Virus record (IMG/VR): IMGVR_UViG_3300032783_000063
Location: 1-64,000 of that record
Strand: one strand, 5' to 3'
From: a virus
DNA: 64,000 bases
Below, piece by piece: positions 46,603 to 56,216 of this stretch (the first letter of the stretch is position 1; the number at the start of each line of letters is the position of its first letter). A program made the position numbers and the translations under genes. A model generated the notes under the pieces. That model was not told where the DNA came from and ran no database searches. It was given only the letters and a program-made list of their open reading frames with translations.

Positions 46603-48137
46603 TGAGCGGTCAGGCAGCCTTGCGTACGGGCCCGCCGTCTGCGGCGGTGCTTACGTGTGCGCGGCGGCCCCAGGCCCCAGGCAGACGGCACCAGCGCGCC
46701 AGACGGCTCCGCGGCGCTCGGGAGTCGCGCGGCCTCTATGGAGTTAGGAGAGTTCACGGGCTGCTCCCTGACGGGTTGGCATATCTCCCGTGCTGCCACC
46801 GTTTGCGCCACGGCGGTAAAGCGATCCTTAATGTTACCTGCTGCGATTATGTCGGCGTGCCCTGACAATCCGCATCCGACACATTGGAACACGGCCCGGC
46901 TCGGCCGGTTCGCTGCGTCGACCAGCCCGCAACCGGGACACGTCTGCGACGTGTGCGGGGCCGGGACTTTCACCAGGGTCGTCTTGTAGGCAACGAACTG
47001 CTGGAGCTGATACCAGTTCCCGGCGAGGATCTCTCGGTTCAGCCCCGTCTTCTGTTTCACGTTCCGGCCCGGGGCGTCTTCGGTGCCTTTCGCTGATGCG
47101 GTCATGGCGGACACGTCCAGGTTCTCCATCACCACGGTCGCGTATCTGGCCGCCAGCGCCCTGGAGGCCAGGTGAGCGCCTGCGGTGCGCTGCCTGGTCT
47201 CATGCTGCATCAGCTTCAGGTGCGCCATCTTGTCCCGCAGATACCTGCGCGAATGCTTCCAGCAATCACAATCGTGACCATCAGCGCCTGGCGGGGGGCA
47301 GTAGCCACGGAGCAGATGCGCGCGCCCATTCCGCTGGGTCCAGGTGTCGTGCCGACACGGGTTCAGCCGCCGTTTGCGGGCCATCGCAACCTGCAGCCGC
47401 CGTTTCCGCTCCTGCTGACCAGCAGACAAGCCAGGTGCGTCGTATGTTTCGCCATCCGACGTCATCGCCGTCACCGTCACGCCACGATCCACGCCCACCA
47501 CCCCGGACGTCGCAGGCTGCCGCACCTCTGCAGTGTCATATTGGACAGTCGCCCAGTACCGGCCTGTGTCATCCACTCGCAGCGACGCGAACCCCACCAG
47601 CGTGTCCTCGGGCAGCACCCGGTGATAGCGGATCTTCACCAGGCCGATCGCACCGGGCACCTTCAACATGGCCCGGCCAGGACGGCCCGGCCGGATAACA
47701 CCCGGCAGCGGACACCGCACCGAGCCCTCCTGCGTCTGCCAGTACAACGACCCGCCCTTATGAACCGACCGGAACCGAGGCGGACTGGACGGCTTGCCTT
47801 CCTTCAGCATCGTGAAATGCCGCGTCCACGACGCCGACAACTGCCGCAGGGCACCATGCAGCATCACCGACGGCACTATGGTGAATGGGTGGGTCTGGCC
47901 GTGATGCCGAAACTCGCACCCCGCCTTGCGTGCTACCGACACCGCATAGCTGAGGCTCATGCACGACTCGACCCCGGCGTGATGCTTCCACCGGTCCAGC
48001 TGCGACGCCACAGCCTCATTGAAGAACGCCGTCACCCCGGCGCGCTGCAAGGCGAATGTCTCAGCCTGGGCGGGCGATAACTCGGCGGCGTACACCTGGG
48101 CGCGCTTGTAACGCACCGGGACAACTAGCTGAGACAT
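46581..48137 (-). CDS. tnpB: TnpB RNA-guided endonuclease (IS200/IS605 family), no adjacent TnpA
   Basis: PPRFR, VGVDRG (RuvC-I), VMENL (RuvC-II), TSQTCPGCG..FQCVGCG zinc ribbon, HAD..AA.NI (RuvC-III). Confidence 0.92.
   Translation of the reverse strand: MSQLVVPVRYKRAQVYAAELSPAQAETFALQRAGVTAFFNEAVASQLDRWKHHAGVESCMSLSYAVSVARKAGCEFRHHGQTHPFTIVPSVMLHGALRQLSASWTRHFTMLKEGKPSSPPRFRSVHKGGSLYWQTQEGSVRCPLPGVIRPGRPGRAMLKVPGAIGLVKIRYHRVLPEDTLVGFASLRVDDTGRYWATVQYDTAEVRQPATSGVVGVDRGVTVTAMTSDGETYDAPGLSAGQQERKRRLQVAMARKRRLNPCRHDTWTQRNGRAHLLRGYCPPPGADGHDCDCWKHSRRYLRDKMAHLKLMQHETRQRTAGAHLASRALAARYATVVMENLDVSAMTASAKGTEDAPGRNVKQKTGLNREILAGNWYQLQQFVAYKTTLVKVPAPHTSQTCPGCGLVDAANRPSRAVFQCVGCGLSGHADIIAAGNIKDRFTAVAQTVAAREICQPVREQPVNSPNSIEAARLPSAAEPSGALVPSAWGLGPPRTRKHRRRRRARTQGCLTAQRGDMRA
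46593..46820 (-). ncRNA. Putative omega-RNA scaffold overlapping the tnpB 3' end
   Basis: Begins just after the RuvC-III codons; hairpins such as ACCGCCGTGGCGCAAACGGTGG; protein tail is low-complexity, as expected for an overlapped RNA; boundaries inferred. Confidence 0.5.
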
Positions 48138-48357
48138 GCTGTAACCGTACTGCTGGAGTCCGACAGTGCAGGGTCACTGCCGGGCCAACCTGCCCGCCCG
48201 GCAGAGTGGGCGAAGTGACCTGGCGCGAAGATGGCCACTACCTGCCGCTGCCAGGGCACCCAGGAGGGATTGCACCATCATCCAGGACATGCTCAGTGCT
48301 TAGGAACACTGTGCGGCCTGACTTGCCAGTGACATTCCGCTACGTCGACACACGACA

Positions 48358-48392
48358 AGGGCGCCACGCTCCCGAGGGAACACGGCGCCCTG
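48358..48392 (-). terminator. Hairpin downstream of the UTRA gene
   Basis: AGGGCGCC...GGCGCCCT inverted repeat. Confidence 0.5.
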
Positions 48393-48407
48393 TCCTACAC
48401 CCCGCGG

Positions 48408-48962
48408 CTACCCGTCGATCGTGAACTCGTAGTCCAGCACCCACTGGGAGGCCGCCACAACATGCACGCACACCTCAACCGCCCGGCCTTCAGCAGTCCA
48501 GCCCACGTGGAAGATCTCCGTCACGAACTGGTCAGGGTCCAAGCCGAGCGCGGTCGCCTCGGCCTCGGTGGGCCGCCGTGACCTCACCGCCTCGGTGATC
48601 CTGGTCTGCGCGTAGCCGAGCTCAGCAAACCGCGACACGATCCCGCCCGGCCCCGAGTCCTGGTCGACGAGCCGGGTGCCGTCTGCGATGTCAGTCGGGA
48701 TAAACGATGTGGCGAGCTGGACCGTGACCCCGTCCGCGGCCATGCGGCGACGACGGGCCACCACCGGCACGCCCTCGTGAATGCCCAGCACGCGGGCGAC
48801 GTCTGCCGACGCGGGAACGCGGCTGACCTCGACTTCTGAGTGCGGTTCGAGGCCGAGGCTGCGGATCTCGGCGTCGAACGCGCCACGGCCGCCGTTGCGT
48901 TCGCGCGCCTGGCGGTTGTAGCGGGTTACTGCGTTGCGGTGGATGACTGGGATCGTGCGCAC
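48408..48962 (-). CDS. UTRA-domain protein lacking an HTH
   Basis: VARRR...VQLATSF, GPGG...ELG, E.V.SR.PT..EA..L, GRAVE. Confidence 0.8.
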   Translation of the reverse strand: MRTIPVIHRNAVTRYNRQARERNGGRGAFDAEIRSLGLEPHSEVEVSRVPASADVARVLGIHEGVPVVARRRRMAADGVTVQLATSFIPTDIADGTRLVDQDSGPGGIVSRFAELGYAQTRITEAVRSRRPTEAEATALGLDPDQFVTEIFHVGWTAEGRAVEVCVHVVAASQWVLDYEFTIDG

Positions 48963-49031
48963 TGTGCTCCCTTTTCTTGTCGTGCGGTTATGTTGCGCTG
49001 CCATTGAGCGGTAGCGCGTCGTAGACGAGAG

Positions 49032-49781
49032 CTACCCGACAGGCTCCGGGTCCACCGCGTAGTCGTAACTGACTACCTGGTCAGGGGGCAGCACGTGCTC
49101 ACCGTAGATCAGCACACCAGCATCGTCGGACCATACGTTCGTCGTGGCCAGGATCGGGGTGCCGATCGGAATACGCAGCGCACCCGCCTCTCGCGCATCT
49201 GCCGCCCGGCCGCGGAGATGATCCCGGCCGTGCGTGACACGCCGCCCCGTCACCGACTCAACCACACGAACAGTGCCGTCCGCCAGCGGCTCCGGTGATG
49301 TGAGCTCAGCTGCGAGCGGGCTGGAGCCGATCGGCGGCACCCAGTCCACCGACAGCATCTGCGGCCGGGCCCTCTTGTAAGTGACCTCTTCACGTCGGTT
49401 GACCACCGTGCCGATCGGGATGCCCAGCAGTTCAGCCACATAGTTGGGTGCGGTGACCGTCTCTGCGGCGTTGACGATGATCCGTTCGCCGTTGGTGGTG
49501 GAGCGGCGCGGCCCGCCGCCTGTAATACGGTCACGGGCAGACTTGGTGATGATCTCCTTGTCGGCGACAAAAGACCCTTGGGGACTGGTCCAGATGGCGC
49601 CTTCTACCTGAAGCTGGCTGATGGCCCGGGCGGCCGTGGCTACTGAGATGCCCCAGTCGGTGGCGATCTGGCTGATGGGCGGGAGCTTCTGCCCGGGAAC
49701 AAGGTCACCATCGAGGATCGCGGTGCGGTAGTGATCCGCCACCTGTACGTAAACAGGTAGTGGCCGGTCGGCGCGTGGCAT
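49032..49781 (-). CDS. GntR/HutC-family repressor (HTH + UTRA), Kor-like
   Basis: YVQVADHYR..I.DG.L.PG.KLP, G.S..T...A...L; UTRA C-terminus; AGGAGG RBS. Confidence 0.9.
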   Translation of the reverse strand: MPRADRPLPVYVQVADHYRTAILDGDLVPGQKLPPISQIATDWGISVATAARAISQLQVEGAIWTSPQGSFVADKEIITKSARDRITGGGPRRSTTNGERIIVNAAETVTAPNYVAELLGIPIGTVVNRREEVTYKRARPQMLSVDWVPPIGSSPLAAELTSPEPLADGTVRVVESVTGRRVTHGRDHLRGRAADAREAGALRIPIGTPILATTNVWSDDAGVLIYGEHVLPPDQVVSYDYAVDPEPVG

Positions 49782-49849
49782 TAAGGTCCGCCTCCTGAGG
49801 TGGGGGTCCTTTGGCAGCGTACTCATAGATCTACTGCCCAACCGTATTC

Positions 49850-49900
49850 TAGTACACGAGTGCTTGTGCTGTGTACGGTGCAGGCGTATGCTGTATACAG
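49850..49900 (+). promoter_or_regulatory. Rightward promoter with palindromic operator candidates
   Basis: TTGTGC(49864)-N17-TATGCT(49887); palindrome CTGTATACAG 49891-49900; GTACAC...GTGTAC inverted pair. Confidence 0.55.
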
Positions 49901-49935
49901 ACAGCAACGGAACGCAACCGAAGGGAGCACGCAGC

Positions 49936-51243
49936 ATGAGCGCCCCCACCATCACCAGCGCACACCCCCCGCTCACCGTGGAGCAGGCCGACATACTCAC
50001 CGAGGCCATCGCCGACGCCATCACATTCCGGCAGCCCCACCACGACTGCCCGGCCTGCATGTGGGAGCCCATCCCGTGGGCCTGTGTCGAGCATTTCGCC
50101 GACGAGGCCCGCGCCGAGGCATACATCTCCCTCGCCGCCGAGCTCGGCCTGGAAGCACCGGAGGTCTAGATGCCTGACGAACTAGCAGTCACGCCGATCG
50201 TTACCGGCAGCCCCGTCAAGTCGATCGCATATCTCGTCGGCTACGGCGAATACGACGACCAGGTAATCCTGTGTGTCTGCGTGGACGCGCGTGACGCCGC
50301 AATGCAGGCCGACGAGTGGAACCGCACCGGCCGCGAACGGATGCATGACAAAGCGTGGATCGAGACGGTGGACTTCATCCCCGCAGGCGGCTCCTGATGT
50401 CTGACTGCGACCTGAACACTGAAAGCCCTCACATCGCCATGTCGGCGCCCGCCCGGTATGGCAAGAGCCCCGGCAAGTTCCTGCGGCTGGTCCCCCCCGA
50501 CGGCGACTATTACGCGAACGTCCTGGACGAGGAACTCGTGCAGACCGTCACAGCCCTGTGCGCTGAATGCGCCCACTGTCACCAGCCGGTCCGCCGCGAG
50601 CACGGCGGCGTCTGGTGCCACGTGTTCGCGTTCGACATGTTCATGTGCCCCGGCGTGCCAGAACCGGAGGCAGCGTCATGATCTGGGTGATGGGCGGGTC
50701 GATGGCCCTGTTCCTGGTTGTGATCGTCGGTTTCGGCGTGGCTGTGGTGGCCGAGCTTCTCGGCGGCGGCCGCCGGGCTGATAGGCCGCGGCTGCGGGAC
50801 GCGGATGTGGCCCTGGCCGTGGACGCAGCCCGGCAGGCCGCCTACGCCCAGGGCCAGGCAGACCAGGCCAGCCAGACGTTCGACGCCTACATCGCCGCCG
50901 GTCTTGACGACGTGGAGGCGTTCGCGAACGGCGAGCGGAGGCAGCCATGACCGCCTGGGCTGTCCTCGGCGCCATGTTCGTATTCCTGTGCCTCGTCTTC
51001 GCCGCCGGCGAATGGGCGTTCGACATCGTCGGTGTGCGCCGCCGGTATTACGCGTGGCGGCTGGACCGGTGGGAGGCATCCCGGCAGGCCGCCTACGACC
51101 GGGCCGTCGCCGACCAGGAAGAAGAGGAACGCTACGTCCGCGCCGCCGCGGCCGCCGTGCAGGACGAAGCCTGGGACGACATGGTGGCCAAGGGCCTCGA
51201 CCTCCTCGAGGCGTGCGCCAATAACGAGAGGACGGACTGGTGA
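49936..51243 (+). other. Run of five small coupled hypothetical genes (49936-50169, 50170-50397, 50397-50681, 50678-50950, 50947-51243); last two have N-terminal TM helices
   Basis: Abutting or overlapping start/stop codons. Confidence 0.6.
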
Positions 51244-51692
51244 TGCACACCGTATCGACGTACAGCCCGCAGCTTGTGCTGGATGTCACTGACATGGCCT
51301 GGGCGGATGACGGCGACTGTCAGTACGCCGACCCGGAACTGTGGTTCCCCGCGCCGGGCGAACGGGCCGAAGAAGCGAAATCCATCTGCGCGCAGTGCCC
51401 GGTGAAAGCGGAGTGCCTGGCGTATGCGATGCCCCGCAGCGAGCTGGAGGGCATCTGGGGCGGGACGTCGCAACGTCAGCGTGCCCGCATGCGGGTCAAG
51501 GCCCAGCTGGCGCCCAGGAAGCACGCTGAGGCGGCGGCGCTGGCCGCGGAAGGCATGAAACGGTGCACCCGCTGCCGCCACCCGAAGCCCTATGCGGAGT
51601 TTTCGCTGGATTCCCGTTCACGGGACGGGCGGCGGCCGGATTGCAAGGCGTGCCTGTCGGCGCGCGGGTGGCGGAAGGAGAAGGCGGCATGA
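51243..51692 (+). CDS. whiB: WhiB-family regulator with C-terminal zinc-ribbon extension
   Basis: C...DPELWFP, C..CPV..EC, GIWGG; then KRCTRC...F...CKAC. Confidence 0.9.
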   Translation: MHTVSTYSPQLVLDVTDMAWADDGDCQYADPELWFPAPGERAEEAKSICAQCPVKAECLAYAMPRSELEGIWGGTSQRQRARMRVKAQLAPRKHAEAAALAAEGMKRCTRCRHPKPYAEFSLDSRSRDGRRPDCKACLSARGWRKEKAA

Positions 51693-52267
51693 ACGCCCGC
51701 GAGAAATACGCCCGCCACCACGACAGACCTGAAGGGAACACCATGAGCCAGCCATCTGACACGACACCCGGGGCAGCCCGCCTGAACGAGATCCGCGCCC
51801 GCGAGCAGGCCGCCACGCCCGGCCCGTGGGGCTGGCGCGGACACCTGAGCCAGTCCGTTGAACTGCGCACGATCGGCCAGGGCGGCAAGCGGATCATCAC
51901 GACGATGCGGCAGGACCCGTGCATCGGCGGGACCGAAGACATCGGCCTGTTCCTGCACGACGACCCATGCCAGACCTGCCGCAAGGCATTCGAGACCGGG
52001 GAACTGGTCGAGCCCTTTCAGTGTGAGAAGCCCGAGAATCTGGATACCGTCTGGGTCTGGGGACCGAACGATGCTTGCGAGCCGGTCAACAAGTACGCCA
52101 AGGCCGAGGTACTCGAATGGTCTGACCACGTGTACCGCGACGATGTGAAGGACACCACGCATCCGGACGCCGAGTTCATCGCCCACGCCCGCGAAGACAT
52201 CAGGTTCCTCCTGGACATCATCGACGGCATGCAGGAGCAGGTCCGGGATCGTGACGGTGCGGCATGA
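51689..52267 (+). CDS. Ead/Ea22-like phage protein
   Basis: LNEIRAR..AATPGPW ... DAEFIAHAREDI..LL. Confidence 0.7.
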   Translation: MNAREKYARHHDRPEGNTMSQPSDTTPGAARLNEIRAREQAATPGPWGWRGHLSQSVELRTIGQGGKRIITTMRQDPCIGGTEDIGLFLHDDPCQTCRKAFETGELVEPFQCEKPENLDTVWVWGPNDACEPVNKYAKAEVLEWSDHVYRDDVKDTTHPDAEFIAHAREDIRFLLDIIDGMQEQVRDRDGAA

Positions 52268-52485
52268 CTACGACCACTGTTTTGCAGCCGGGGCGGGCGC
52301 ACCGGAACGTCAGGCGCGCTGTCCGGCTGTGGCGCAAGCACAAGGCTGCGGCGGCCGTGATGGCCGCTGCGGCGGCCGCTGAGGTTGTCCTGTGGGCGGC
52401 GTGGACTGTGGTCGCCCTGGCCCTGGCCGTGGCTGTGGCGGGCGTGTCGCGGGCCGCCGCTTACATCAGGGGACGGCGGTCATGA
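52264..52485 (+). CDS. Small membrane protein
   Basis: Long hydrophobic stretch; coupled to the next gene. Confidence 0.55.
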   Translation: MTTTTVLQPGRAHRNVRRAVRLWRKHKAAAAVMAAAAAAEVVLWAAWTVVALALAVAVAGVSRAAAYIRGRRS

Positions 52486-54185
52486 ACATCATCACCACTT
52501 CCCATATCAAGGCCCAGGTTCGTGACAGTCATGCGGCGCGGCGGACAGCATGGGCGGGGGGTGTCATCCTGGCAGCGGGTGTCATACAGGCGGCACACCG
52601 TGTCATGCACCTGCCAGGATGGCCGTATGCGCTGATGGCCGCCGCCATCCTGGCCTACCACTATGCGCGGGCCGGGTGGGAACTGGTGGAGTTCCGCCGG
52701 ACCGGCGGCCGGGCCGCGCGACGTCGGCGGCGGAAGTATCAGGGCGCTGCCACATTGCGCGACATTCACAAGCACTTGTCACCGGCTGCGGTCACTAAGC
52801 GGGCGGCGGTGACCCGGCCGTCGCTGGACGGGAAGGTAACGCTGGCCGACACGGGTGTCTTCCTCGGCCGCACCCTCCGCGCCAGACGCCGGCTGTGCGG
52901 CACCCACGAGGACTCGTATCTGATCGTCGGCCCGCCCAGGACGGGAAAGACGGGATGGCTGGCGGGTGTCGTACAGGACGCTCCCGGTGCGTGTGTCGCC
53001 ACCTCGAGCCGGGTTGACGTCCTCGTTCACACTGCCCCTGTCCGTGCTGCGAAAGGCCCGGCGTGGGTGCTGAACCCCGGCGGGGACGGGTCCATCCCCA
53101 CCACGCTCGCCTGGTCGCCGCTCGACGGCTGCTACACCGCCGCCGGGGCAGTGGAACGCGCCGGCTACCTGATGGCCGCCGCGCCCAAAGACTCGTCCGG
53201 GAAAGACGCCTGGTGGGAAGGCAAAGGCCACGAGCTCCTCCGCCTCGCCCTGCACGCCGCCGCAGTCGACGGCGGCACCATCCGCGACGCAGCCCAGTGG
53301 GTCCGCGACCCAGCCGACCCGGGCTTCGCCGCCGCGCTAGCCCTCCCCGACGCGGCCCCCGGCTGGGCCGCCGAGCATGCGCGGCTCATCGAATCCGCGG
53401 GGGAGATGCTGTCCGGCATCGTCGCCTCCGCCGCGGCGGCGCTGGCGTGGCTGGCCGACCCGGCCATGGCACAGGTCGCCGACCCGGACCCTGGCACCGA
53501 GTTCTCCGCCGAGGAGTTCATCCTGTCGCGCGGCACCCTCTACATGATCGGCGCCGACAAGCCCCACTCCAGTTACGCACCCTATTTCGCGGCACTGACA
53601 GCGGAGATTTTCGAGGCAGCGAAACGGGTCGCATCGAACATGCGGAACGGCAGGCTTGACCCGCCGCTGACACTGGCCCTGGACGAGGCGGCGATCATCT
53701 GCCCCGTCCCGCTGGACCGGTGGACGTCCGAGGCCGGCGGTCACGGTGTCACCGTCCTGGCAGGCGTGCAGGCCATGTCACAGCTGCGCGCCCGGTGGGG
53801 CGACGAAGGCGGCCGTACCATCTTCTCCAACTCCACGGTGAAGATGATTTTCGGCGGGCTGACAGACCACGCTGATCTGGAGGCACTGTCAGCGGTGTGC
53901 GGTGACCGTGACACGTGGCACAAGGTCAAGAGCGACGGCGGGTCGACCAGGCAGCCCGGCAGCGAGCGGCTGTTCCCGCCGGAACGGATCCGGCTGCTGC
54001 CCGCCTGGCATGCCCTGATCCTGCACCGGTCCACGCGGCCGGTGGTAGCCCGTGTCACCCCCGTGTGGCAGCGGAAGGACTATCTGCCGCTGCCCGAGGC
54101 CACCTGCCCGCCGCCCGCTGACATGCCGGCGGTCACCGACGACATCCAGCTCGCACTGCCGCCCGGCACCCAGCCGGCGGCCTGA
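52482..54185 (+). CDS. VirD4/TraG-like type IV coupling protein
   Basis: N-terminal TMs, GPPRTGKT, WSPL, LALDEAA, G.Q..SQL..RWG. Confidence 0.88.
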   Translation: MNIITTSHIKAQVRDSHAARRTAWAGGVILAAGVIQAAHRVMHLPGWPYALMAAAILAYHYARAGWELVEFRRTGGRAARRRRRKYQGAATLRDIHKHLSPAAVTKRAAVTRPSLDGKVTLADTGVFLGRTLRARRRLCGTHEDSYLIVGPPRTGKTGWLAGVVQDAPGACVATSSRVDVLVHTAPVRAAKGPAWVLNPGGDGSIPTTLAWSPLDGCYTAAGAVERAGYLMAAAPKDSSGKDAWWEGKGHELLRLALHAAAVDGGTIRDAAQWVRDPADPGFAAALALPDAAPGWAAEHARLIESAGEMLSGIVASAAAALAWLADPAMAQVADPDPGTEFSAEEFILSRGTLYMIGADKPHSSYAPYFAALTAEIFEAAKRVASNMRNGRLDPPLTLALDEAAIICPVPLDRWTSEAGGHGVTVLAGVQAMSQLRARWGDEGGRTIFSNSTVKMIFGGLTDHADLEALSAVCGDRDTWHKVKSDGGSTRQPGSERLFPPERIRLLPAWHALILHRSTRPVVARVTPVWQRKDYLPLPEATCPPPADMPAVTDDIQLALPPGTQPAA

Positions 54186-54206
54186 CCGGAGAAAGGACAC
54201 ACCACG

Positions 54207-55028
54207 ATGAGCGAAAGCACCTATTCGCCGCTCTCCCGCAGAGCAAAGCAGCTGCTCAGCCTGCTGAAACGCACCAAGGACAAAGGCGTCCAGCGGGCGA
54301 TTCTGCAGGCCCTGGCCCGTGAGATCGAGAAAGGCAAGCGGGCGGTCGTCAGGCGCGCGAAGGAAGCCGCCGAGCGTGCGAAGGACCGGATCAAGTACGG
54401 CAAGGAGTTCGCCCGCAAGGAGGCCCGGAAAGCATCGACGCGGGCGAAGGAGCCGCTGATGCGGCAGCACGCCGCTGGCGGGCAGGCCAGGAAGCCGGGG
54501 CCGAAGATGACCCGCGACGGCTACCACAAAGCTGCCGGGCTCACCCCCGAGCAGTCACGGAAGGTAGCAGCCGGGCCGAAGCCGCTCCGCCGCAGCGTCC
54601 GGGACCGGGCAGCGAAGGTGCAGGCGAAACTCCAGTCGAAAGCCCGGCCTGTGACGGTGCGCAACCCGGCACCGGCTAAGGCGAAGGTGGTGCACATCGG
54701 CGGCAAGCCGGCCGCTAAGCCAGCACGGACCGTCCGCCCGGCGCCCGCCCCGTCAGCGCCGGCCAGGACCACGCCAGCGCCAGCCCGCGCCCCCGCCGCC
54801 ACCGCAGCCAGGACCCCCGTGCGGGCCCCCGCAGCACCCGCCAGGACACCCGTGCCGCTCCCGTCGCAGACCGTCGCACGCGACCACGCAGCCCGCCTCG
54901 CGCCCAGGCCCCGCAAGCCCGCAGCGCCCATCCGCGTCCGCGCACCCAGGGCCCGGGCGCCCAGGCCAGCCGTGCACCCCGTCAAGATCCGCGCACCACG
55001 GGTCCGCATCCCCATCCGCGGCCGCTAA
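54207..55028 (+). CDS. Highly basic Lys/Arg/Ala/Pro-rich protein
   Basis: GAAAGGA RBS; PART/RAPR repeats. Confidence 0.6.
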   Translation: MSESTYSPLSRRAKQLLSLLKRTKDKGVQRAILQALAREIEKGKRAVVRRAKEAAERAKDRIKYGKEFARKEARKASTRAKEPLMRQHAAGGQARKPGPKMTRDGYHKAAGLTPEQSRKVAAGPKPLRRSVRDRAAKVQAKLQSKARPVTVRNPAPAKAKVVHIGGKPAAKPARTVRPAPAPSAPARTTPAPARAPAATAARTPVRAPAAPARTPVPLPSQTVARDHAARLAPRPRKPAAPIRVRAPRARAPRPAVHPVKIRAPRVRIPIRGR

Positions 55029-55047
55029 CAGAAAGGAGAACACGCTC

Positions 55048-55326
55048 ATGGATGACAACAGGGCGAAAGCACTGAGCGAAGCCCGCCAGAAACTCACCGA
55101 AATGGAATTCGCATGGGCCGACGCCACCATCAACAGCGTCCACGCGACCGAGGACCCGGACCGCGACCCGCCGACGATCCGCCAGGGATTCGCCGCACTG
55201 CGTGGTCTTGCCGCCGAACAGGCACAACATGACGCGCTGGAAGCGCAGCGGAAGCTGATCTGGGACCTGGAATGGGGTCCGCAGTCGGCGCAGCGCCGCG
55301 CTCCCGGGCTTCGCCGCAGCCGGTAA
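55048..55326 (+). CDS. Hypothetical protein
   Basis: GAAAGGAG RBS. Confidence 0.6.
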   Translation: MDDNRAKALSEARQKLTEMEFAWADATINSVHATEDPDRDPPTIRQGFAALRGLAAEQAQHDALEAQRKLIWDLEWGPQSAQRRAPGLRRSR

Positions 55327-55341
55327 CAGGAGAAAAAGAAC

Positions 55342-55518
55342 ATGAAAACCTTCCGGACCATCGTAGGCATCGGGTTCTTCGGTCTGATGGCCGTCGTCGC
55401 CACATGGGCGATAGTGACGAGCCCCGGTCCTGTCCACTGGGGCCGGATGCTCGTCTTCGGCGTGATCGCGAGCATCCCGCTTGTGATCAAGATGCGCCGC
55501 GCCGACCGTAACCGCTAA
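55342..55518 (+). CDS. 58-aa two-TM membrane protein (not in ORF track)
   Basis: MKTFRTIVGIGFFGLMAVVATWAIV...GRMLVFGVIASIPLVIK; AGGAG RBS. Confidence 0.6.
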   Translation: MKTFRTIVGIGFFGLMAVVATWAIVTSPGPVHWGRMLVFGVIASIPLVIKMRRADRNR

Positions 55519-55535
55519 CACAGAAAGACACACAA

Positions 55536-56204
55536 ATGTCCATTAACCTCCGCATCAGCCAGCGCAACCGTGGCACCGAACCCGGCAACCCGTTCAGATG
55601 TGCCATCGCCAACGCCTGGCGGGCGCAGAAAGGCGGTGACCCGTACGTACCAGGAGACGGCCGCGTACACGTAAGCCACGGCCCGTTCTGGCGCGAAACC
55701 CACAAGATCGGCCCGGACGGCAACAAGGTCATCAAAACCCACGACACCAAAGGCCCGAAAGCAGTCCCGGACCAGGACATCACCCTCGACGGCCCCGCCA
55801 AGACACCCGCGAAGACCAAGACACCGGCCAAGACGGCGGCGAAGGCATCTGCCCGCGCTGACCGGAAAGCCGCCAGGGCCGCCAGGAAAACAGACACCAA
55901 ACCGGCCGCGAAGGCACCTGCTGCTGCCGCAGCACCACAGCAGCAGCGAGCGTGGCCGCCGAAACCAGCACGCACCGCCCCCCCGCAGCAGACACGCGCC
56001 ACACTGCGCCGCCCGGCACCCCCGCAGCCAGCCAGACAGCCCGCCGCGACCGCCCAGGCACGCACCAGAGCGGCAGCCCCGGCCCAGGCCCGTGCCACCC
56101 AGCGGCAAGCCATCACCGCAGGCAAACCAGCACAGCAATGGCCGCCGCCATACCGGGAACCCGAGAAAGTCCCCGTCACCCGCAGCCGCAGCCGCGGACG
56201 GTAA
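55536..56204 (+). CDS. Basic protein with histone H1-like PAK repeats
   Basis: PAKTPAKTKTPAKTAAK. Confidence 0.6.
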   Translation: MSINLRISQRNRGTEPGNPFRCAIANAWRAQKGGDPYVPGDGRVHVSHGPFWRETHKIGPDGNKVIKTHDTKGPKAVPDQDITLDGPAKTPAKTKTPAKTAAKASARADRKAARAARKTDTKPAAKAPAAAAAPQQQRAWPPKPARTAPPQQTRATLRRPAPPQPARQPAATAQARTRAAAPAQARATQRQAITAGKPAQQWPPPYREPEKVPVTRSRSRGR

Positions 56205-56216
56205 AAGGAGCCCTGC

